Position numbers and translations under genes: made by a program
Notes under the pieces: generated by a model
Seen by the model: the letters and a program-made list of their open reading frames with translations, nothing else
Told to the model about the DNA's origin: nothing
Database searches by the model: none
Assembly: GCA_963845145.1 (NCBI GenBank)
Contig: CAWJQU010000002.1
Coordinates: 1 to 64,000, forward strand
From: an uncultured delta proteobacterium
GTDB lineage: Bacteria > Desulfobacterota > Desulfobacteria > Desulfobacterales > QNYZ01
Direction: 5' to 3'
DNA length: 64,000 nucleotides
Shown here: positions 50,830-58,706 of the stretch, one piece after another
How the letters are laid out: the number at the start of each line of letters is the position of its first letter
Numbering within the stretch: position 1 is the stretch's first letter

Positions 50830-51255
50830 ATGTCTACGCTGACCAGCGCGAAAGCGGTCATAACGGATTCGGACCGCGACATTGTCCGAATGGCGATTGA
50901 TCGAAAAGTTTGGGGGATTGCCTCTTCCATTGATATTTATGATTGTGATCCCGATAAAATCCGATGCGCCGATACCATCAGGCAATTCGTAATCGATCTT
51001 TGCGCCCTCATTGACATGAAACGGTTCGGTGAGACCCAAGTGGTCCATTTTGGAGAAGACGAACGCGTGGCGGGATTCTCCATGGTTCAACTCATTGAAA
51101 CTTCGCTTATTTCGGCTCATTTTGCCAACTTGAGCAATGCCACCTACTTAGACGTGTTCAGTTGCAAGCCCTATGATCCGGAAGTCGTGAGGACTTTTTC
51201 ACAAGCCTATTTCGGGGGCACCGAAAGCATTTTAAATGTGAATTTGCGACAATAG
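50830..51255 (+). CDS. Pyruvoyl-dependent S-adenosylmethionine decarboxylase-family proenzyme
   Basis: IDIYDCD, GFSMVQLIETSLISAHF (autocleavage Ser region), YLDVFSCKPYD. Confidence 0.82.
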   Translation: MSTLTSAKAVITDSDRDIVRMAIDRKVWGIASSIDIYDCDPDKIRCADTIRQFVIDLCALIDMKRFGETQVVHFGEDERVAGFSMVQLIETSLISAHFANLSNATYLDVFSCKPYDPEVVRTFSQAYFGGTESILNVNLRQ

Positions 51256-51266
51256 GAGGCCGGCCG

Positions 51267-52235
51267 ATGGTCGCTATCGACATCATCACCGATGTAAAAC
51301 AAGGCGAGCAGTATTGGCGCAGATTCTGGCCGAAACGGCAAATTTTTGATCTTTGGCCGGTAAGAGCCTGCTTTCATCATCAATTTAAGCAGGCGCCTTA
51401 TTTTATTGTGGCCCACGATCGCGGTATTTTTCAGGGCATGCTGGCCTTGAGCCGGATTGACGAATCGAAATGCTACGGGCACTTTCCCGGCGAACTGTGG
51501 CAGGGAAGAACCTGGCTGGAGCAAAACCGGATCATTGCCTCAGTCCCATATGTCGCTGAGGCATTGTTGGACCATATTCCAGGCCCTGAAGATATTCGCT
51601 ACCTGTCCCAACCCATCGTTCCCATGGAAGGCTCCTGGATCCATGATGATGAAACCGGTTATATGTTTTACCCCGCCCACTACGGCTATAGCGTTGACAC
51701 TTTCATGGGCTGCTTTTCCGGCAAGCGCCGAAAAAACCTTCGCCGTGAGTTGGATTGTCTACGTGCCCAAGGGGTCGAATACCGGTACAACAGGCTTTCA
51801 GATATTGATCTGCTTTTTAATTTAAACCTGGAGAATTTTGGAGAACAATCCTATTTCAGAGATCCCCGATTTTTAAACGCTTTTGAAAACCTGGCGATCT
51901 GGCTCCATGCAAACGATCTGCTCCGTTTGACGACGGTCATTATCGGGGGGCAGGTGGCCGCCGTCGATATGGGGGCGGTATTTAATTCGATATACACGAT
52001 CATGGCCGGGGCTGTGCATCCGGAGTTTCCAGGCATCGCTAAATTGATCAACCTTCATCACATTGAGCTTTCCTGCCGATGGAAGGTTTCCGAAACAGAC
52101 TTCTTGTGCGGCGACTTCAATTGGAAGGAACGTTTTCACCTGTCACCACGCCTACTCTACAACATCAGACATCGAAATTCGATCAGCCAGGGGAATGAGG
52201 CGGTCGAGCATCAACGGGTTGCCTGTGCCGCCTGA
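51267..52235 (+). CDS. GNAT/FemAB-like acyltransferase
   Basis: SGKRRKNLRREL, GQVAAVD, PGIAKLI, DFLCGDFNWKERF pattern. Confidence 0.72.
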   Translation: MVAIDIITDVKQGEQYWRRFWPKRQIFDLWPVRACFHHQFKQAPYFIVAHDRGIFQGMLALSRIDESKCYGHFPGELWQGRTWLEQNRIIASVPYVAEALLDHIPGPEDIRYLSQPIVPMEGSWIHDDETGYMFYPAHYGYSVDTFMGCFSGKRRKNLRRELDCLRAQGVEYRYNRLSDIDLLFNLNLENFGEQSYFRDPRFLNAFENLAIWLHANDLLRLTTVIIGGQVAAVDMGAVFNSIYTIMAGAVHPEFPGIAKLINLHHIELSCRWKVSETDFLCGDFNWKERFHLSPRLLYNIRHRNSISQGNEAVEHQRVACAA

Positions 52236-52236
52236 G

Positions 52237-53565
52237 ATGAAAACGCTGGTTGTCGGTACCACCGACGACTATATGCAATGGATACGTGAAAGCGATCACG
52301 AAGCCTGTTTATTCCTGACCGACAACGCCGTTTTACGTCAGAGAACTAAACCCGGAAAAAAGTCGGATGAGCTGGTTTGGGATCTGTCCAATTACGCCGA
52401 AGTGCAAAGTGAACTGCGGCGCTATCTCTCCAAAAACGGCGTCTGCTTAAATGGCATTGCCTGTTTTGATTGTGAATCTCTGGAACTGGCGGCCAGCATC
52501 GCACAGGCCTACGCCCTTCCCTATCCAACGGTTCAAGCCGTAAACAACTGCCGTGATAAATATGTTTCCAAACAGATATGGCGGCAATATGGATTACCCA
52601 CACCCCGCACCCGGATAGTACAGACACCCGAGGAAGCCGTCGATGCCCAAAACGATTACGGCGGCCGCATCGTCCTCAAGCCCAACGGCGGCAGTGGTTC
52701 CGAATTGATTTTTTCATGTATAAGCCGGCAAGATTGTCGAAGGAACTTCACCCGCATCAAGCATGGGCTAAAAAAACGGTCGCATCACCGCCTGTATACC
52801 ACGTATGAGAAGGGTCGCCGCCGGATTCTGGCCGAGGAATTCATTCCCGGAGAAGAATATAGTTGCGACTTCATCATCAAAAACAACCGGGTTGATATCA
52901 TCCGCATCGCCCGCAAAATCATCAGTACGCGCAAACCCTTTGGAACGGCCTCCGCATATCTGGTGCCGGCACAATTACCAAAGGGCATCACCCGGAAGGC
53001 ATTTAATCACCTCCTGATTCGCAGTGCCTCGGTTTTGGGAATTAACCGTGCCATATGCATGATTGACTTCAAGGTGGATGGAGACCAGGTGGTCCTCCTT
53101 GAGTTGACCCCGCGCCCCGGTGGTGATTGCATTCCTTTTTTGTTGCGACGAAGTTTCGGTTTGGACATCCTGACGCTTACCCTGAATTTTTATCGCGAAC
53201 GATCCATTGAACAGTATCAGCGCCAATTCGCTGGTGGGTTTTTTTATGAAGATCGCGTTGCAAAAATAAAAAATTACGTTGCGCTAAGGCTTCATGCCCA
53301 AGAAAAAGGGGTGCTCGAAGACGTTGACACACGAAGGCTTTTTAAAGATCCCCGCGTTCTTGAAATCCATATCATCCGGAAACCGGGGCACCGCATCGTC
53401 CTGCCCCCCGATGATTATGAGTCTTGGCTGCTTGGACATATCGTTTTTGAACCCGAGTTCACCAGGGATCCCGCGGATCAATGCCTTGATCTATTCAGCC
53501 AAATAAAAGTGACCATTAATCCGACCCATGACATTAAGCCAAACCGATATCACCAAGCTGCTTGA
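52237..53565 (+). CDS. ATP-grasp ligase (L-amino-acid-ligase-like)
   Basis: CRDKYVSK, VLKPNGGSGS, AEEFIPGEEYS, ELTPRPGGD; ATG lies 1 bp after the GNAT stop. Confidence 0.85.
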   Translation: MKTLVVGTTDDYMQWIRESDHEACLFLTDNAVLRQRTKPGKKSDELVWDLSNYAEVQSELRRYLSKNGVCLNGIACFDCESLELAASIAQAYALPYPTVQAVNNCRDKYVSKQIWRQYGLPTPRTRIVQTPEEAVDAQNDYGGRIVLKPNGGSGSELIFSCISRQDCRRNFTRIKHGLKKRSHHRLYTTYEKGRRRILAEEFIPGEEYSCDFIIKNNRVDIIRIARKIISTRKPFGTASAYLVPAQLPKGITRKAFNHLLIRSASVLGINRAICMIDFKVDGDQVVLLELTPRPGGDCIPFLLRRSFGLDILTLTLNFYRERSIEQYQRQFAGGFFYEDRVAKIKNYVALRLHAQEKGVLEDVDTRRLFKDPRVLEIHIIRKPGHRIVLPPDDYESWLLGHIVFEPEFTRDPADQCLDLFSQIKVTINPTHDIKPNRYHQAA

Positions 53566-54838
53566 ACGAAACGGCATCCAACTGCCGCCCAGGCTGCCCC
53601 AATCCGAGCTTCACCGTTTCGTAATGCGCTATCTGGATCGTCTCCAACACTATCGCGAAATTGTCGGGACGCATACGGTACCCCTCTATCTGCTGGAGTC
53701 GAATATTCTCAGGGCCAGGGCCCGACGGTTCAAGCAGGCGTTTGAAGATGCCGTTTCCAATCCGGTTTCGGCCTATTTTGCCGTTAAAAGCAACAACCAT
53801 CCCGATGTGGCCCGCATTTTGTTGGAAGAACGGTTCGGGCTGGATGTGTCCAGTGGATTGGAGCTGGACATGGCCCTGGGTCTCGGCGCTGAAGATATCG
53901 TGTTCAGCGGCCCTGGAAAAACGGAGCCGGAACTGGCTTTGGCTCTGAAGCATGCCGATCGCGTCATCGTCCTGATTGACAGTTTCGGTGAGCTGGAACG
54001 GTTGAAAAAATTATCTGAATCGATGCGAACGGATATGCGGTGCGGCGTCCGCTTGGCTTTCAACCCAAAAGGAGTGTGGCGAAAATTCGGCATACCGGTC
54101 GACGACCTGACGAACTTTTGGAATCGCGTTGATCAATGCAGCCACATCCATTTAACGGGGTTGCAATTTCACGCCAGTTGGAACCTGAATGCGGATGTCC
54201 AGGTGGAATACATCCGCCGTTTATCGAGGATTTTAGACACCCTTCCGCAATCCCGTTTAAATCGGTTGACATTTATCGACATTGGCGGCGGCTACTGGCC
54301 GGAGCAGGGCGAATGGCTGCAAGGAGCGGGAACCCAAACCGGCAGGGTTTTAGAAGCACTTGGGCGCGGTTCAATGGATTCTCAATCCCGTTACCGAATT
54401 TCGGCGATTTCTATCGAAGATTTCGCAGACCAGCTCGGCAGAGCCGCCGGGACCTATCTTTTCCCCCATACCGGCAACTGCCGCTTATGTCTGGAGCCCG
54501 GTCGCTGGATTGTAAACGATGCCGTACAGCTTATATTTTCCGTCGTGGACAAAAAAGCACCGGACTTGGTGATCACCGATGCTGGAACAAACACCGTGGG
54601 GTGGGAGCGGTTTGAAACCGATTATTTTCCAATCCTGAATCTTTCCCGACCGGCCCTGTCCGAACAACGGTGCCACATCCTGGGCGCACTGTGCACACCG
54701 CATGACGTCTGGGGGTATGCCTATTTCGGCAAAGACATTCAACCTGGAGATATACTGATGATTCCGGCTCAGGGCGCATATACATATAGTCTGAGGCAAC
54801 AATTCATAAAAGCGTTGCCGAAGCTGGTCACCATCTGA
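53528..54838 (+). CDS. Fold-type III PLP-dependent decarboxylase (Orn/DAP/Arg family)
   Basis: YFAVKSN (PLP Lys), DVSSGLE, FSGPGKT, KFG, DIGGG, EPGR, GALCTPHD, GAY. Confidence 0.88.
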   Translation: MTLSQTDITKLLERNGIQLPPRLPQSELHRFVMRYLDRLQHYREIVGTHTVPLYLLESNILRARARRFKQAFEDAVSNPVSAYFAVKSNNHPDVARILLEERFGLDVSSGLELDMALGLGAEDIVFSGPGKTEPELALALKHADRVIVLIDSFGELERLKKLSESMRTDMRCGVRLAFNPKGVWRKFGIPVDDLTNFWNRVDQCSHIHLTGLQFHASWNLNADVQVEYIRRLSRILDTLPQSRLNRLTFIDIGGGYWPEQGEWLQGAGTQTGRVLEALGRGSMDSQSRYRISAISIEDFADQLGRAAGTYLFPHTGNCRLCLEPGRWIVNDAVQLIFSVVDKKAPDLVITDAGTNTVGWERFETDYFPILNLSRPALSEQRCHILGALCTPHDVWGYAYFGKDIQPGDILMIPAQGAYTYSLRQQFIKALPKLVTI

Positions 54839-54894
54839 TTTATTATGGTTCGCCGCAAATCGGTGATCGCTGAGAGCAGGTGTGGCAAGCGCGA

Positions 54895-55848
54895 TTACTG
54901 AGCTTTTATAAGCTGTCGGGTCAGCATCGGAACGATCTCAAACAGATCGCCCACAATACCGTAATCGCATTGTTGCATCATGGCCGCACCCGGATCGCTA
55001 TTGATACACACAATCGTACCGGCAGTTTTCATGCCGGCAAAGTGCTGTACCGATCCAGAGATCCCGCAGGCAATATACAGCTTGGGACAGACTGTCGCGC
55101 CGGTTTGGCCCACCTGCATGGCATGGGGCACCCATCCGGCATCCACGGCGACACGGGAGGCGCCCACGGCAGCCCCCATCACTTTTGCGCATTCGTGGAG
55201 AATTTCAAAGTTTTCTCTGTTTTGCATGCCCCGTCCGCCGGAAATAATGATATCCGCCTCGGACAGATCGACAGTGCCTGACATGCCCCTGTTCCTTTCT
55301 TTCGTTTGATAACGGTCATCAAACGGCCCATCATATTCAAAAGGGATAATTTCTGCCGCAACCGGCATCGATTTCGCTTCAAAGACATTGGGGCGAAAAC
55401 CAAAAATTCGAGGTGTACCGCTTACCCGAACCGTGGCGATGACTTTTCCGGAAAACAGTGATTTTTCAACGGTTGAATCAGCCAAATTCACCTGAAGACA
55501 ATCCAAGACCAGCGGAGCGTCCAGGCGTGCGGCAATACGAGGCAAGATCTCTTTTCCCTCAATGCTCGTCAGCGCAAAAAGGGTATCGATCTCAAAATGT
55601 GTCATCGCGGCAATAATTGCTTCGGCGCGACGGTTGGGGTTGATGACGTTGGTGTTTTCCACATCTGTAACGGCAATAATCTTATTGATTCCGAAACGCG
55701 CCAACTGATCCACATGGGGGGTAACATCCGCCGTGAAAACCAACGCAATCAACTCACGGTCAGCACCCCGGGCGGCAGTAATCACGCCGTACATGGCGGA
55801 TTTTATTTTCTCGTTTCGGGTTTCGATAAGGACGGCGATTTTTTTCAT
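54895..55848 (-). CDS. etfA: Electron transfer flavoprotein alpha subunit
   Basis: SGGRG, GASRVAVDAGW, QVGQTG, GISGSVQHFAGM. Confidence 0.95.
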   Translation of the reverse strand: MKKIAVLIETRNEKIKSAMYGVITAARGADRELIALVFTADVTPHVDQLARFGINKIIAVTDVENTNVINPNRRAEAIIAAMTHFEIDTLFALTSIEGKEILPRIAARLDAPLVLDCLQVNLADSTVEKSLFSGKVIATVRVSGTPRIFGFRPNVFEAKSMPVAAEIIPFEYDGPFDDRYQTKERNRGMSGTVDLSEADIIISGGRGMQNRENFEILHECAKVMGAAVGASRVAVDAGWVPHAMQVGQTGATVCPKLYIACGISGSVQHFAGMKTAGTIVCINSDPGAAMMQQCDYGIVGDLFEIVPMLTRQLIKAQ

Positions 55849-56621
55849 GGTACGAGTTTTATTTTCATCTCTTTCTCTAAACGCTGAATCAGTTCAGCCA
55901 CAGTAATATCGACCGGTCCGTCAAGGATCTCTCTCCGGCGTTCTTCGACAGCGGGTCTCATGCCAACGACTTCTAACTTGCTTACCGAGGCTTCGACGTT
56001 GAGGCGCTCAAACGGAATTTCTTTAATTTCTTTTTTTCGAGCTTTGAGGATATCGGGGAGCTTTGGATAACGGGGAACATTGAGGGTTTTCGTGGCCCCG
56101 ATAACGCAGGGAAGCGCCATTTGAACGACCTGTTCACCACCGGCTTCCAACCCGCATGTCACCCTAACCCGACTACCTTCATATTTTATCTGCGTAACAT
56201 TGGTGGCTATAGGCATATTCAATGACGTCGCCACCCTGAAATGGGTTTGGTATCCTTCGCTATCAATGGCCGCTTTCCCGGCAATAACGATTCCCGGAGT
56301 TCCATCTTGGAAGATAGCGGCAGACAGTGCCTTTGCGATTACGATACTATCAAGCCATTGGTCGGAAACCACATGAATTCCACGATCAATACCCATGGCA
56401 AGGGCCGAACGCAGCGTTTCGGCCGCCTTCTTTTTCCCGACGGTGACGGCGATGGTTTCCACATCGTCCGCTTCTGCTTTTAGCTGGGCGGCGGCCTCAA
56501 CGGCGTTTTCATCGTAGGGATTGAGTAAATAGGTGACACTCTCATCAATCCCATTGGGTTCGACGATTCGAATGGTCGCCGCTGAGTCGGGGACGTGTTT
56601 GACGCACACAAAGATTTTCAA
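55845..56621 (-). CDS. etfB: Electron transfer flavoprotein beta subunit
   Basis: VCVKHVPD, NPYDENAVEAA, ALAMGIDRG, GKAAID, PRYP. Confidence 0.95.
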   Translation of the reverse strand: MKIFVCVKHVPDSAATIRIVEPNGIDESVTYLLNPYDENAVEAAAQLKAEADDVETIAVTVGKKKAAETLRSALAMGIDRGIHVVSDQWLDSIVIAKALSAAIFQDGTPGIVIAGKAAIDSEGYQTHFRVATSLNMPIATNVTQIKYEGSRVRVTCGLEAGGEQVVQMALPCVIGATKTLNVPRYPKLPDILKARKKEIKEIPFERLNVEASVSKLEVVGMRPAVEERRREILDGPVDITVAELIQRLEKEMKIKLVP

Positions 56622-56678
56622 GACACGTATTCGCCTATATGGTTTGCTATCATTTATCTAAAAATAACAAATGATAAT

Positions 56679-58016
56679 TTAGCCATTTACCGAAAAACTA
56701 CTATTGTAATTAATTTCCCGTTTGCGTGAAAAGAAACCCGCATCGATACGACGTCCGATGTGGCGCAAATTATATTGCAGGGGTTCTTTATCATGGTCGA
56801 ACCCCTTCTCGCATTTATCAATCAACTCGGCCATCAGTGATCCGGCTACCGGCGCGTTCTTATACTGATTGCCACTGCTGCCGATGGCCATGTAAAAACC
56901 GGGCAGATCCGATTTATCATAGATGGGAATCCAGTCATCGGAACAATCATACAGATCGGCAACGCCCCGCGGCTGGTTCGGAATCGCCATGCCTGGCACC
57001 CGCCGGGCACACCGGTAAGTCTGGGCTTTCCACTGGGCTTCGGAGAGCTGATTGTCCCGCCCGAGGCCGCCCTGACCTGCGTAGAATTCATCAGGATCCA
57101 CCCATTCCTGGGGATCGCATTTCGGATCCTCGCTGCCGATTAAAAACATATTGCCCACTTCCGGACGATAGTAAATACCAACATCACCATCGGACGTATG
57201 GTAACCGTTATTAAGATAGTCATACCCTTCCGGGGAGGGACAATGCATTACTTCATGACGCAATGCTTTGGTTTTAATATTGCACCCTTCCCAGACGCCC
57301 CTGGCCATCTGGTTGATTTTATAAGAGTGGGGACCCGCCACATTGACAACAACGGGGGCATCGTATTCGGTTCCATCTTTCAAGGTTATCCCCGTTACCC
57401 TTTCGCCGTTGTCACGAACCGCAACCACTTCGACATTAAAGATAAACTCGCTTCCCTTCTTTTCAGCCGCCCGCATGATATTATGGGCGGATAATTCGGG
57501 ATCACTCATATACCCGCCTTCAGGGCAAAAAATCGCTCCTTCTAACATGCGATTGGGATCATCAAAAAATTTCGGGTCTTCCGGGCGTCTTACGGGCCAA
57601 AATTCGTGTAAGTCATAGACGGGAACCATCTCCTTTATCTTCTCGACACTCCACTCTTCATATGTGACACCCACTGCATCATAATTACTCTGGACTTTGC
57701 GCCAGTCATGCCCCTGGGTTTTAAGCAGGATGGAACCGGTTTTCATAAATTTGGCCATACCTTTTTCGTCTTTGACGTTCCCCAGGTAGTTCTCCCAGTC
57801 CAGCCAGTATTTAAACCCCTCGTAGGCCATGGCCACACCATCCTCAGTCGAGTAGTGGGCCCTGACAATCGCGCATGAGGCCGCCGTCGACCCCATCCCG
57901 GCATCGGCGAGTTTATCTACAGTTAAGGTTTTGTATCCTGATTTGGCCAGTTCATAGGCGATGGGACAACCGATAACACCGGCGCCAATAATGATTGCAT
58001 CGTATTTTTTATTCAT
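56679..58016 (-). CDS. FAD-dependent oxidoreductase, sarcosine oxidase beta/DAO family
   Basis: IIGAGVIG, GSTAASCAIVR, LYDCSDDWIPIYD, GSSGNQYKNAP; start MNKKYD with AAGGAG RBS. Confidence 0.85.
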   Translation of the reverse strand: MNKKYDAIIIGAGVIGCPIAYELAKSGYKTLTVDKLADAGMGSTAASCAIVRAHYSTEDGVAMAYEGFKYWLDWENYLGNVKDEKGMAKFMKTGSILLKTQGHDWRKVQSNYDAVGVTYEEWSVEKIKEMVPVYDLHEFWPVRRPEDPKFFDDPNRMLEGAIFCPEGGYMSDPELSAHNIMRAAEKKGSEFIFNVEVVAVRDNGERVTGITLKDGTEYDAPVVVNVAGPHSYKINQMARGVWEGCNIKTKALRHEVMHCPSPEGYDYLNNGYHTSDGDVGIYYRPEVGNMFLIGSEDPKCDPQEWVDPDEFYAGQGGLGRDNQLSEAQWKAQTYRCARRVPGMAIPNQPRGVADLYDCSDDWIPIYDKSDLPGFYMAIGSSGNQYKNAPVAGSLMAELIDKCEKGFDHDKEPLQYNLRHIGRRIDAGFFSRKREINYNSSFSVNG

Positions 58017-58051
58017 GACGGCTCCTTCATTTTTTAGACCTACGTTTCTAT

Positions 58052-58705
58052 TTAGAACGACACTTCTATTTGTTTCAACCATTGGTTAAAAACGGACATT
58101 CCTGCCGGGTGCAAGCCAATAGTTTCGCCGGCCCCCAGAAGCGCCGCCACCATATCGTGCGCGTATCCGCGGGAACAGGTCAGCAGGATTCCGCTATGAT
58201 CAAAAGTCCCTGGGACAACAACGATTTGACAGGGAACATGGGCAAAAGGCCCCTGTAGCAACATGGGGACCTTATTCACCGGATCGGTCAAATCAAGCGC
58301 CGTCAATTGCTCGGTAACGGCAAACGTCTCCTGCCCAATGAGGGCCAGAAAAACGGTGCCATCGGTCACATCCGTATATGCGTGCTCTTTTGGTAACGCG
58401 ACCACTTCCCCCGTTAAATGCCATATGGCTGCCTGGGTCTTGTTCAGGCGATTGACCATCACACCACTTTTCAAAGCACATTGGCCGGGTTGGGCCGGAA
58501 CGGGTATCCCCATCGGAGTCATTTGCCCGATATCGGCATCCTGAAGGTCCCAGCGGGGGCAATGGGATAAATCCACCAGATGCGGCCCATTACCCTCGTT
58601 TTCGTAAGTCTGGACAACCTTCCACTCCCCCTGCGTCGTCTCTTTGGCCACACGCGGCTCAAAAATTACCGGGGATCGTCTTATGATTTCCTTCTGCATA
58701 GTCAT
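58052..58705 (-). CDS. soxG: Sarcosine oxidase gamma-subunit-like protein
   Basis: LVDLSH, TDVTDG...L.G, LTALDL; position after soxA. Confidence 0.72.
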   Translation of the reverse strand: MTMQKEIIRRSPVIFEPRVAKETTQGEWKVVQTYENEGNGPHLVDLSHCPRWDLQDADIGQMTPMGIPVPAQPGQCALKSGVMVNRLNKTQAAIWHLTGEVVALPKEHAYTDVTDGTVFLALIGQETFAVTEQLTALDLTDPVNKVPMLLQGPFAHVPCQIVVVPGTFDHSGILLTCSRGYAHDMVAALLGAGETIGLHPAGMSVFNQWLKQIEVSF

Positions 58706-58706
58706 C

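Noticed and set aside
52063..52236. Long N-terminal extension of the ATP-grasp ORF
   Set aside because: Overlaps the GNAT gene; ATG 52237 directly follows its stop.
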